A DNA stretch of 63,897 nucleotides, filler included, from Octopus bimaculoides (taxonomy: Eukaryota): the NCBI RefSeq assembly GCF_001194135.2. It is 5 parts of 5 records of this genome, joined end to end, with 100 filler letters (N's around TTAATTAATTAA, not from the genome) between each part and the next. Parts side by side here need not be neighbours in the genome. Positions count along the whole stretch, not along the records: positions 1 to 28,379 come from NC_068983.1; 4 more parts are not named here. One strand, written 5' to 3'. Positions 10,058 to 23,822 of the stretch are shown in pieces. The translations under genes and the position numbers were made by a program. Within the stretch, counting starts at the first letter, position 1; each line of letters begins with the position of its first letter. Below the pieces are notes generated by a model that saw nothing but the letters and a program-made list of their open reading frames with translations, searched no databases and was not told the origin of the DNA.

Positions 10058-13000
10058 AAAAACAAACAAGATGAGGACAATGTCGAATGTAAATAATGTA
10101 GCATAGTGGCACTGGCGTAATCATAATTTATCAAAATCACTAGAGACCTTAACTGATTGTTTGAAAATCTTATTCATGTCTCAAAATGACTCAGAACAAA
10201 CGTAAAACAAATTAAAAGAAGAGAAATCAACACAAACCAGGGAAATCTGTCATCCAATTAGTAATAGACAGTTAACAAAACTGTGAGGAATAAAATGCTA
10301 CCTTCACCCTTACCATCTAGGGCAACTCTTATTTGGAGATCGTTCTTCAGTTGAAAGTTGAGAAGACAGAGAATAAGACATGCATATAAGAGCGGTAAAC
10401 ATTCAAATCCGGACATTTTTAAACATGTATCAATTCCATCTAGGATTTTATTAGGACTGTAGCATCATATTTTGTATATGCAGGCAACAATAATATTAAT
10501 ATAGTGAAGAAAATCATTGAATGCACTAAAACAGCGAGGACAATCACAAATAGATTTATCTACTGTTGTAATCCGCATTTTCAGATAGCCAATAACCAAT
10601 GATAGATGTATTTCACACTTCAGAATTTGTTGTATAATGATAAGCATTATATCAACTTTTGATAATAAACAGGGAGTTGCTTCTCCTCAGTGCAGTAAGT
10701 ATAATCACAGGACTCCCGTGACTGTACGTAAGTTTGCTGTTGGTAATTAACGTAAATATATAAGAAATATCCACTGGTACACTCCCAGAAAAAGTGAAAA
10801 AACTATTTACATGGAATGTCAAAAACCTTCTAATTTGAGACTAACACGAAAAGATAATAACAAACACAAAACATGGCAAAGGTCGCTAGCTATTGTTCAT
10901 CGTTAGGATATATAATCATTCGCAAAGGCTGGCCGAATTTTTTCGGTGGGTGCAGAGTTCTTTTAGTTTATATCAGCAAATACCGGAACACATAACAAAG
11001 AATGAAAGGAGATATCGGCTACTAGTCTTCAAATTTGCTTTTCTTACGATAAATGCAAAATGGAAATGAAAAACTAATGGAATGCAATGAAAATGTAAGT
11101 GCTGATCAATTTGGTAAATGCTTTTTATCGTATAATATCAAGCGATAATTGCGTCGAAGATTATGTTTAAAAAGGTATAAGTGAGCCAGTTGCAGATATC
11201 GCAAAATAGAATATTAAAATAATTCTGAATAATAGATTGCAATTTTCTGTCCAGTATGTTTAATACAAAGAGGGTACTCTTATAAAATATAATGTTTCTG
11301 CAATCCATTTAAGGAAATGGTAACTATCAAATCCCATTAACGCCGATGATTAATTTACTACTGTTATATGCTAACTGCTGATAGACATCGTATACGAACA
11401 AAATGGTGCTCAGTATGTTAGCAACACTGAAATACAACTACATTTATGCGCATCCTCATTGAATCAATAAAGAACCTTTGATCATTAGTATTATGCAACA
11501 TGTAATGTATTTTAATGAGACATCAAATGAAGGCTTCAAGGTTAAATTCTATAATGAATAAGTTTAATAATTTGGGTAATTCTGAAATAATCATTATAAC
11601 AATATTTTGAGAAACGCTGAGAGAAATGGTTTTGAGACTAAGAGCAACACCGAAAATCAAGAAACCGAGAAGTCTATTGCTGGAACTGAAATGACCGAAG
11701 CTAGATTTTCGAGTATGAGTATTTCTGCATCATACGCTACAGAACGTAAAAAGGAAACTTCGTTTTGCTTTCCCTGTCTATTCAGGAGAGATATCAATGC
11801 AGAATCATGTTTTCCAACAAACAAGTACTAAAGAATGATAGAAATCAGGATGTGATGTGCTGTTGTCTTTCAAATGGTTAATATTGACAATGATAGAGTA
11901 TTAGTGCGTGCAATATAGAATATTATAATGTACATTCAATAAATGATGCACATCAATCCTACGTTCAAGATAAATGTTACGTTTGCTGCCATATTTCTAT
12001 CAACTCGTATATATCTCTGTTTCCATAAGCTAAAACTTACAAACGCATTTACTTAACCACAGGCATTTTACTAGATTTATATATACAAACATTTAGTTCT
12101 TTACAAAACATAACACCACCACCTATCACAGAAATAGCACCAATTAGTAATTTCAAATATGTATATCTTTCTCAAATGCACTATCTCAAAACTATCTGAA
12201 AATAATTAATGTCGTTTCTTTAGTAGTTAGTATGTTTGAATTAAATTTACTTGCGTGACGTTAATATAACCCTTTACAAAAACATTCGCCTAACAATAGC
12301 TTTACTGTTCTTTCCTACATAAATGTAAGCCTTTGTTCCAATGCAGTAAAAGTCAATATTTATATTTTTAGATAGAGAGACAATTGGCGAAACATGTTTA
12401 TAATTAATGAAAACGCAAAAAAATATAAGTAAATAAAACAAAGCAAAACAAAGTTATGCAAAAAATATTCTAAAATATCTTAATCATAGATTCGATATAA
12501 TCGATACCATATTGTCTTCTGAATAGTATTTCCTGTGATTGTTTTATATTGATCTTCAAATCTCACAATCACGTCTTCCGCCACCGCTTTTATCTTGCAT
12601 ATTTTAATTTTCTACTTTCTTTACATTTGTTTCTTTTTTTTTTTTTACATATTGTTGATGGTTAAATTCTTGAACTTGCTTTTTCCTCATGTTTGAAAAT
12701 GGTATTGAGTCCACGAAAAAAAAAACTATTTAAAAAATTTGGTAATCCTATTTGATAAAAGGATACAAAAACAAACAACAATTCCATTAAAATCGTTTCG
12801 TTGGAAGGAAATGAAGTCAAACAAAAGAAAAATAATGAATGAAAATATCGTAGTATATTTTTTGTCTTGTTGATATTTTCCCCCAGATTAGAAATTTAAT
12901 GAAAACAACTGATATAAAATAATATCAGACTCTTCCTAAAAGAGTAAAACAAAACTATGGAAAATATCACGATAAAATGTAAACTAAAAAATATATACAA

Positions 13001-13258
13001 TGGCATCAGTTTTGTCTTTTATTTTTAGTATGAATATACACTTATGTTAATGTCTCCACGAGTCAAAGAATTTCATAAACAACATTTCTGGCGTTCAACA
13101 ATGTTACTCGAAGAGATCCTGTTATACAGCCTCCTCACCATTCTTTATGTTAGTGCATTACGTGCATTTTCTGTTCTAAAGATATTTTATATCTAGCATA
13201 CACTTTGCATATATGTATGTATATACTGGGCGGTGTACGTATATGTACATGCATATAA

Positions 13259-13323
<65 letters not shown>

Positions 13324-16300
13324 CATTTATTTATACATACGTACTTGATTCAAACCCGTAGCTTTAACTGAAAAGTTAACATCAGTGACTAAGTTGCGTT
13401 ATTCAGGATAAATGTAACAGCATCAGCGCCAAAAAGTGATTACGAATAATCGAACTTTAGGTTAGTTAAAATATGTTTGTGACATACGTTAATTTCTTAA
13501 TGTAGTTCTCTCTTATGGTAAAAGGGGTAAAGGTACCTGATGTTGACCGGTTTTTATTTAAAGCTACGCCTTTGATCCTGCCCAAGGTTATCTCTCTTCG
13601 GTATTTCCCATTGAGGAAGATAAAAGAGCCAGAAAAGAACGTCTACGAATTTGACAGGGGAAGCCCTGAGCAGATATGGTGTTTTTACGCTTTTACCGTA
13701 AGAGGAAATTTCTCACCAGGGTAACTGCAGTGAATTTGCCCTTAGATGTTGAAATGTGTCAGAAACATATTTCAACTAACCTACAGTTTGCTTAACCCCA
13801 ATCACTGCTTGGTGTCGTGTGTGTGTGTGTGTGTGTGTGTGCGTGTGTGTGTGTGTGCGTGTGTGTGTGTGCGTGCGTGTGTGTGCATGTGCGTGTGCGT
13901 GTGTGTGTGTGTGTGATTGCATGTCATTTACTTTTTGTTTCAGTTCTTCCGTGTAGCACATCTTTTGCACAGAGACAATATTTTTAGTGTAACAGCGTTA
14001 CATTGCTTTGTAATCAGCTATTAGTTTAACGCTCTATAGAGACAATAATTGGGAGTATTAATCTGGGCGGCTGAGACCGAATTTTCCGTGCAAGATCAAT
14101 TAGGTCATTTTTGCTATGTTAGTGATAAGCACGCAAAATGATGCATGATTATTCATAAGTACTACCAAATCTTGCACAGAGTGCAATAATCCATCCTCCT
14201 CTGATTACAATGTGTTTCTGGTTTGTTAGGGAAGTATTTGTTATTTTCCGTATGGAACTGCATATTTTTTTGTTCAGTCCAGTTGTATTTTGCGTTCGGA
14301 TGCTACTGCAAATATATGCTATCATAAGTCTATATGATTGCCTGTGATGCTGTTGGATCATTAGCTCATTTGGTGAGACTTGATTGTATAATTATTTGAG
14401 AGAGGCACAACAAAGAATAACGGTCCAACTATCTCTACATGTTGAAAAAATACATAAAACCTGTAAAGGAGTTCTTTTTAAATTTCAAAAATGTATCCTC
14501 CCCTTTTCGTTACTTAGATATTTCGATTCCTTGCATATTTATTTGGATGATTCTTTCACCACTTTACACATGACACTTAATCTGCTACATGTAAATTCTT
14601 TCTTTGAGATGCAATCAAATACATTTCTGCGATATCTTCAACTTTGTTGTAACGTTCAATTTGATATTGTTGCGTATTATTATTAGCTTTGGAATATAAT
14701 TTATAATATATAAGATGTTGTAATTTCAGTATATCAATGCTTTGTAGTAATGGCGTTGAGGACAAATTACCATTTCTTTCTAATGGCGAATTTTGGTTGT
14801 AATCGACTGTGAATTATTTAAACATAAATCCAGACACCTCTACTTTCTCAATCTCCTGCAACTTGGGGCTTATTCTATAGTACCCATGTTTATAAACAGT
14901 ATTTCAGTGAATCGCTCACCATTTCACTCATGTTAAGCATATAAATTCGCCTGAAAAATATGAAAATGAAAAAGCATACAGAGACTGATATACGACGACA
15001 TTTCACATCAAAAAACGAATGACAGAAAATACGAGATGTCATCAAATAATTCCGTGTAGATATTGAAGACAAAAATACAATTAAAGGTAATATATATATA
15101 ACAGAAACAATAAAAAGAAAAGAATTTTATTTTTATTCCAGTGAACAAATAAACAAGTTTGTATATTTTGTTTATTTAATTATTTCGATCTCCTCGACCT
15201 TTTTCAATTATAAATTAGCCATTAAAAAATATTTTGTTATTTACCCTTGATAAGAATTTGTAGCATGCATTTTCATTTGTCTTTATATTTAGTCTACCTA
15301 TGAAAAGATTTAATGGGAAACACGTTTGGCACGACTACAAAAACGCATATGATCAATCCAATCTCTCTTTTATTTCTTCATAAACTATATATAGCGTTAA
15401 CATGTATGTTGTCATAGCACCATCTGTTCGAACCTTAAGTAATAACATTAACAACAATCCACAATTTTAAAGTTATTAATATCATTTTGATTAAAATCAA
15501 TGTTTTTTACAGCCATAGCCCACCATTGCCATTAACATCTATAATAGCACGCCTACTCCATCGCCTTTTCCTCCATTTCTTTTCTCTTTTTTTTTCTTTG
15601 CCATTCGTCAACATTTGTATTAAAGTGCAAATGCAATTACAACGAAACCTTAAACTGTATCTCATTCCTTATCAACAATCTAGACAAACCAGAAAAATAA
15701 TAAACAACACACCAATCTTCACTATTTGTCTCTTATATTACTATTACCATCACCAAATCCAAGAGAAATCACTAGCTCTACCGTTATCAACTACCATTCA
15801 GATATTATTTTCACCACCACTATTATCATGAATATGAAAATTAGTTTTGATTCAAGTAGAATCAGTCATTGTTATCAGCACTAAACAGCACCAGCATAGC
15901 CACGAATACAAGCAATACACACGGCCCAACCATCACCAACATAACCATCCCAACTCTGACGTTCAATGTTAAACCTTCGCTCACAGCTCACAGCTCAAAC
16001 ACATCATAGATTGGGCTCCATGACATGACTAATAGTCAGCATACTGGAAGACAAGATAAGATGTGATAGGTGGACTTGGGTAATAACCATAAATTCACTT
16101 ATATTCACAGTATACTAATATCAAATTTATGCATATATTGAGCAGGTAACGCAGGTACACTATGTCCAACTTAAGAAATGATAGTAGGACGAACAATGCT
16201 TAGGGACACAAGATTTGGGCTCAAACATACCTACAAAAACCGTCATATCGAATGTTATTGCGAGTTAAAGCAACACTGCAATCATCGTGAAAACTTTAGC

Positions 16301-16414
16301 AACAGCTAAAATCAGTAGAATTATCTTTAAAATTTCAATATTTCAATGACTTGCTTATATGTGTACTCTCCATTACTTCACTCGCATAGAACACGGAACT
16401 GTCCCCAACAAGTA

Positions 16415-16652
16415 TTTTTTTATTCTTTTACTTGTTTCAGTCATTTGACTTCGGCTATGCTGCAGTACCACCTTTAGTGGTATATATGTATACACCAGGG
16501 GTTTCTTTCAGTTTCCCTCTACCAAATCCAATCACAAAGGTTTGGTCGGCCTGAGACTATAGTAGAAGACACTTGCCCAAAGTTCAGTGGGACTGGACCC
16601 GCAACCGAGTGGTTGGGAAGCAAACTTCTTACCATACAACCACACCTGAGCC
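16415..16652 (-). mobile_element. tRNA-derived SINE, family A, internally deleted
   Basis: Reverse complement of the head (GACACTTGCCCAA...CTTACCATACAACCAC) and tail (CTTGTTTCAGTCATTTGAC) of the 48105-48503 copy. Confidence 0.8.
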
Positions 16653-16734
16653 TATATGTAAGTGTACGAATTTTGACTTTTATTATATATATATGAGTAT
16701 GGCAGTTTCTACACATCCATCCATAAAAATATAG

Positions 16735-17085
16735 GTAAAGACCTCTTCATTCATGAATGACCATCTGATTCCACCTCGAAAGCTCTCCTCCACGACACAA
16801 CTCCGGGCAAAGTTGTTTTTAATTGTTTTTATGGAAGAACAGCAGTCACCCATGTGTACCATCCTCTCCTCTCCACGTCACCGATGTTATCCAAGGGAAT
16901 ATTATAGTCTGATACAGCTTGGCAGCCGTGACGTCGCAACTCATTTCTGAAGCTGAGTGAACTGCAGTTATGTGAAATAAAGTGTCTTGCTCAAGAACGC
17001 AACACACAGCCTGGTCCGAGATTCGGACTCAGTGCATCATGATTGTGAGTCCGACGCTCTATCCACAGGACCATGTGCCTTCACT
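16735..17085 (-). mobile_element. tRNA-derived SINE, family C
   Basis: Minus strand reads GTGAAGGCACATGGTCC..GGATAGAGCGTCGGACTCAC (tRNA-like) then TTCTTGAGCAAGACACTTT, the box shared with 25381-25520 and 31451-31700. Confidence 0.7.
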
Positions 17086-18505
17086 AAACACACATATAGA
17101 CAGACAGTCATAAACACATAGACAGACAAACAGACAGGCAGACAGATACATACATACATACATACATACATACATAGTCGTCTATAATTATTGCCAGAGA
17201 GATTTAGAACTACTGTAGGATCACGCATGTGAATATAGCAGATACAAACTCGGTCAAATGAGATAATCTAGACAAATTATTGACGAAAAGTAAAATACAG
17301 ACTTGTAAATATAACCATAGTGTAGTGTACATAAACACCTCAACAAACGAAACGCCTCAACACATTTGCAAAGTAGCAGTTTTATTAAAAGTGTTGATGT
17401 ATTTAGCGCATACTATTGACAACACAATATAATCATTGACAAGAAAAATCAGCCTGATGGAGCTTTGAATAAGATATCGGCGAAACTGTGAAGTAACTGT
17501 CAAATATTATTAAATATGTAGCATATATGTATTGAAAACTTTACTCTGACAATGTTCGTTTTTTTATGTAGTAAAAAACACTCATATAAACACCAATATA
17601 CTCATACACACACGCACTTATATGTAGATATGTGAGTCCGCATATGTATGTGTGTGTGTGTGTGGGGTACATATTGGTATATATAACTACATGCGTATGA
17701 TTTGCAATTCAGTAAAGAAAATTTTTAAATAAGAAAAAGACAATCAAAATTTCAAAAACTTTCGTGACTGCAGTCACGGCTTTCAAACTAGAGTATGACT
17801 ACTTCCACACCGTACCCTCTACATAAAACAAAGCAAACATGAATAAGAGGGGCGAATTATTTATTTTCATTTTTGTTTTTCTGTTAGCCTGATACCGAAG
17901 AAAATTATGTATTTTGCTATAATAAACATGACAATCAATACAAAAATGTAGAGCTTTATAAGGAAACAAATATGGAATTGAAATAAATCAAATGTAATAA
18001 AAAAAAATGGAAGATCGTCATGAAAGCTAAGCAGTATCTGAAAACATTTTAGAGTTATTTTCGTTACGATTCTCTATCGTGGATATATTTATATCTTTCT
18101 TCACCTTATCATTAGTCAAAATATTGTTTTGTACATTTTTTGGATATAATAAAAACCACTAAATACGCATGTTTTAAAAGAGAAAAAGAAACTGATAGAA
18201 ACTGTAGATATTCAGAATATAATGAAAGATTTTATAAAGTTTGAGATACAAATACAAAAATGTAGGGGAATATTAAAATAAAATGAGAAATTGAGAAATG
18301 CTTTAATTGAAGAATGTCTGAATATGAGACTGAAATATCAGTATATATATATATATATATATATATATGTAAAAGATTAGAATCCCATGGTACACATGGG
18401 TATGCTACTATACTATCATACACACACATGCATACATAGACAGACAGACATGCATGCATGCATACATACACACACACACATATATATGCATACACACAGG
18501 GCGGG

Positions 18506-18572
<67 letters not shown>

Positions 18573-18863
18573 AGGGAAAAGAGCATGTATGTATTATGCA
18601 TATATAATATATGCATAACTATGGCCGTGTATGTATGTGCTTATATATTTATACACACATACACACTCATATATATTATTCTTATATAAAAATAATAAAC
18701 TTTTATCTACAAACGTCTAAACCCATCAGATTAAGGTAAAAAGTTTTTATTATAACAGAATGTCTGGACATAAGACAGACATTAATATAATATAATGTTT
18801 GTGTGTACATATATACATACGTACATACATACATACATACATACACACACACANNNNNNNNNN

Positions 18864-19664
18864 CGGAGCAAATAATTCGCGAGAAAAAAATATTTCAGGA
18901 GAAAATAATTTGCGAAGATACCATTGACTCAGTTTTAGAATGATAATAACAGAATCATTAATATAGGCAATTAAATGCCCCCCCCCCCAAAAAAAAGCAT
19001 TAGATAGCTGAAAGATTAAAAGCAAAGGACATTCTAAGTATGTCTATCTGTTGGAAATAACTGTCAAAACTCTTACTTAAATCGCCAAAATACTCTAAAA
19101 TTAACTACAAAAACCAATCATCCGAAAGTAAGACAATCTCCCAACGTACATTTGAGTATTTGGACTCTCGTGGACAGGTTTCTACAGTGTCAAAAAGTCT
19201 CAGCTTCCTCAGCACGCGTTACCATGATAGAAGTCTGCGCTGCAACTGATTCGTTTTGTGTCGAAATCATGGCAGTCACCAGTGTGAAAATAATTTCAAT
19301 ACGGAGCAAATGATTCACGAGAAAAATAATTCACGAAAAAATAATTTACGAAGATACGATTGACTCTGTTATTATCTAGTGTAACAATTTTAAAATGATA
19401 ATAACACGACGGGTTGGGAGTCTCTCTGATGGTAACGCATGCTGAGGTAGCTGAGGCTATTTTTGCCAGTGCAGAAACCAACCAGTTTACGTGAGCCCAA
19501 ACACTTATATGTACGTTGCGCGATTGTCTTAGCCCGTTTGCTTTCAGACGGTTGATTTCTGTAGTTATTACCAGAGTATTTTGGTGATTTAAATAAGAGT
19601 TTTCAATGGTATTTCCAACAGGTAGACATACTTACTATGTCTTTGGTTAATTTTAATCTTTCAG

Positions 19665-19666
<2 letters not shown>
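18864..19666. repeat. cluster of an unclassified interspersed repeat (segment A at 18864-18968 and 19301-19405; segment B at 19006-19225 inverted and 19429-19666)
   Basis: By-eye alignment of direct (A) and inverted (B) copies; another A copy lies on the minus strand at about 38320-38441. Confidence 0.8.
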
Positions 19667-19749
<83 letters not shown>

Positions 19750-19819
19750 TGTATACATGCATGTATGTATACATACATGTATATGTATACACATATATAC
19801 TTACAAACATACATGCATA

Positions 19820-20268
19820 TAAACATAGGTAAGAAAAAAAAGAGCTCACAGTATGGTGGAAGTTATAGCCACTCATAACAAAAAGGAGTATTAGTGGAAT
19901 ATCCCAGTGAAAACCTCAATAAAATGTAAGCACAATAGACCTGATATAATGATTTGGAATAGAGAAGAAAAACTGTGTAGAGTTGTGGAAATCACCTGCC
20001 CAGCGAATGTTAATATAAAGCTGAAAATCAGTAAAGAAGAGAATACCTACGCTGAACTATTGAGAAACATGCAGTTACTCAATCCAGAGTAAAAGTTCAC
20101 GTTTATACCTGTAATCATTGGGGCACTAAGGTATGTAACGCACTGGCTAAATACCAATCGTGAGAAATTAGGTTTCTCAAAGCCAGAAAGGAGAAAACTG
20201 ATTCGAAGACTACAAACCCAAGACATGACTGGAACTGTAAAAATCTGTGAAATTTTCCACATTTTACC
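19820..20268 (+). mobile_element. 3' fragment of a restriction-like-endonuclease LINE (R4/NeSL/CRE-type)
   Basis: KCKHNRPDIMIWNREEKLCRVVEITCPANVN..KEENTYAELL..*KFTFIPVIIGAL..TGTVKIC; flanked by (TA)-type microsatellites. Confidence 0.85.
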
Positions 20269-20589
20269 ATTATATATATATTGGCATGTCTAAACATGCA
20301 AATATATGCATGAGAATACATAAATAAAACAAAACATACAAACCTGCACGTATACATACATACATACATACATACATACATACATACATACATACATACA
20401 TACAAAAATACCCTATTGTTTGTCTTGAAATTCCAATGAAGGAGCCTTGGATCAAAGTTAGAAACTGGCTCTTTCTCTATTGGCAAGAAATCTTGAAATG
20501 AAGCTGAATAATGATACATACATACCTATATAATACATACATGCATAGATACATCCGGTGTGAAAGATATTTCAGGATAGATTTGGTAA

Positions 20590-21420
20590 TGTAATAAACA
20601 AAAGTAACCTAGGAATTACCAAAATGTAACATTCTGCATGCGGTCGGTCTTCCATCTGGTAAACGTGGCCCAGACAGTGCAGTCATCGCTGTCTGAACTG
20701 AGTGTAAGAGCTAAGAAGCTCGGCGTGGCATAGAACAGTTACCTATTGCCTCAATATATTCGTATATGACGGAGATATCTCAAATGGATGGTGTTCCTAC
20801 CCTCTTACCATGCATATATTATCCATGGCTCACTGTTATTCAATAGTGAACTTATGACTGCCATCTATGTCTTTGCCACAATACTTCGGTTCCTCTAGAT
20901 TCGAGAAGTTGAACAGCCTTTCTGATTCTTTCCTCAAAATTTGTGCCCAAAGTTTAGTGATTTGCCCATTACTATGTTTAATAATGGGTAATATCGAATT
21001 TATAGTTGTCGATGCTGATAACCACTACACTTCTCTTCTGCAGACAAATAATGAGCTCGAAGGACTTGTAGATGTGAGCGAAACTGTCCTTTAGTGATTA
21101 GTGTTCTTGTTGAGTGTAGAATACAATTGATGCATCATAGACGAACATCGTGTCTCATATGAGTTTTGTACGCACTTTGCCTGACTCAGAGACAAGCTAG
21201 CGTTCTACTTACCAAAAGTGGCCCACTTGGCACCGTGCATTCGTCTACTCTAGTGAGGACGGCGATACACTTTCACTGGATCACTGAAGGAATGTTTTGA
21301 AAGCACAGTAAAGAATATTCTAAAGAGTATGAGAGCAGCCTTGTTTAGCACCATTGCAAATGTTGAAAGGTCTAAGGAAGCTACCAATGACCTGCATTAT
21401 AAGTTTCATGTTGTGAAACA
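20590..21420 (-). mobile_element. degenerate RTE (BovB-like) LINE reverse-transcriptase fragment
   Basis: Minus-strand pieces in the expected order: PFNICNGAKQGC, FRIFFTVL, KVRTKLI*DTMFVYDA (FADD region), ISIDNY, ERIRKA, RQR*LHCLGHVYQMED. Confidence 0.8.
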
Positions 21421-21554
21421 ATTCTATGATGTTCTATTGTTTTAACAGACACCCGATCTTCCGCGGATGAGAATATATAAAATGTAAATCCATATGAATA
21501 CCGCCAGCTTTATTTACTAATACGTGGGCGTGTATTTGTGTGTTTGTGTATATC

Positions 21555-21587
<33 letters not shown>

Positions 21588-22251
21588 GTGCGTGCGTGTG
21601 TGCGTGCGTGTGTGCGTGCGTGTGTGCGGCACTGGCATTTACTCCTTTCATTCATACTGGAACGATACCTACAAGTATTTTAATCGGATCGCTGATTTGT
21701 GGGGCATGACGAAATTCATCTTCCTCAAATACTGTCAATGCAACAACAAATATAGAGATTACCATTTGTACATACCCATATGCACACGCAGGCACACACA
21801 CACACACACACACACACAGATACACTTATATAAACATATGCATGTTTATTTCTGTTATGTGTATGATTGTGAATATGTGTCTGGGTGTGTATGTGCATGT
21901 ATACGGGTCTGCATGAATGTATGCGTAGATTTGTGTAAACTACCTATGGATACCTTTATGCACTCAAGTACATATATGTACATATATAGAAATATCAAAA
22001 AAATCTCTCACAGTTGAACATTTTTCAATTCGTTCGTATTTGGTCCTCCTTTGAGTCGTTTGTCGTCGAGGATTTTATTAGAAAAAATATAAAGTTTGTG
22101 TACGTATGCGTGTGTGCACGCTCCGGAGTGTGTGCGCGCGCTAGCGTGTGTGCGCGTTGTAGCTTGTGAGCGCGCGCTGGCACGTGCGTGCTTGTATGTA
22201 ATATGAGGATATGTGCATTGTGTTGTGTGTGCGTCTCCATATAAATGTATG

Positions 22252-22309
22252 TACATGTTTTTATATACGCAGGAACCCTTTTATATTGAGCTGAATAGAT
22301 AGATACACG

Positions 22310-22369
<60 letters not shown>

Positions 22370-22437
22370 CGCGTGTGCGCGTGTATCTATCTATTCAGCT
22401 CAATATAAAAGGGTTCCTGCGTATATAAAAAACATGT

Positions 22438-22438
<1 letters not shown>
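22252..22438. repeat. about 187-bp near-perfect palindrome centred on (AT)10
   Basis: Unique arms 22252-22310 and 22379-22438 are reverse complements with one A-run indel; inner (AC)n/(GT)n arms. Confidence 0.95.
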
Positions 22439-22481
<43 letters not shown>

Positions 22482-23822
22482 TGGAAGATATCTCATGCGT
22501 AAATTGCATTCAACCAAGACTAGCCTTAGCGATCAGCGCAACACAAGAAATATCAACACTAGCCACAACTGCGATGCAAGTGGAAAAGTAAAGAAACTAA
22601 AATACATTTATAAAATAAACTCACATGAAAAATCAGAGAATAAGAAATTACAATAAATTGGCTATTTCTAAGTAGACAATATTTCCAATTTTATGTTTTT
22701 CTCAGTCTGCAATCACAGAATATATTCATGATAAGTACATAGCTGGAAGATTGCAATCATTGATATCTCGTTGATTTGCATATCATTTTCATGGTCTACC
22801 ACGTAGTCTCTTCCTATCTACTGATGTTGTTTCCTATGTCTTTGTTGTGTTATCGTATATCCTATGGTTGCTTGCAGTTGTTTTTTTGTTTTTTGGGGAT
22901 TTTTGCTAATGTTGTGATTGCTTAGTGTAGTTTTTTGTACATGTTGCTCTTGGTGCATTTATTTGCTTCACGTTTGTTCTATTGCTTGTTGATATGATCG
23001 TTTTTCATGTTGAGATATTGCATATTTTTGTGTATTATGATGTTTTTACATGTAATAAATGTGAATGTTGATAACCCACTAGTTACTATACCCGTTCTTG
23101 CATTGCTGCTGTGTCTCGTTAGGATAGTTATTTTCATTGTTTCTTTCATATCGTAATTTATACATTTGATGCTGCGACTATTGTAATTATTGCAATGATT
23201 CTCAATGCATGTTTTGTTGTGCATGTTCTGTTAATTTAAGATCGATACTCAAACTTCCGTTGGTAAAAAATACAGACAAATCTTTCTCTGCCTGGTAATG
23301 TAGTAACAGTGGTTGTTCGCTGAACTCATCCGGAAGTTTTGGAGACAAACATTTTCTTATCTGACCAATGTCTCACTAAATTTTAAAAAAAAACACTTGA
23401 AAATGAAAGTTCATATATATAGAGATAGGCGTTTTCTAATATTTAAAGAAAGGCTGATGGGAGTGGCAAAAGTAGCAATTTTTAACGGTATTTCTTTTCT
23501 GAGAAGAGCAAAGGAACTTGGAATGGGTACTGTAAATGCTTTGGAGATGGTAAATTTTTCCTCGAATCCGAGGAGGAGATGGCAGATATTTTCCTCGAAT
23601 TATCCGAGGAGGACTGCTCCACTTTTCGGATATTATCTTTGTGAGATTTGTGTTGGAAGTTTATCTTTATGTTACTTAATATGTTTTGTTATATAAAAAA
23701 AATTATTTATATTAGTATATTATCTTCAATTGCCTGGGCACTTGTGACCAATAAAAGAAATCACTTTTTGTAATTGTTGTTTTTGTTGTAGTAGTTGTTG
23801 GTGCTGTTTATTATTATTATTA

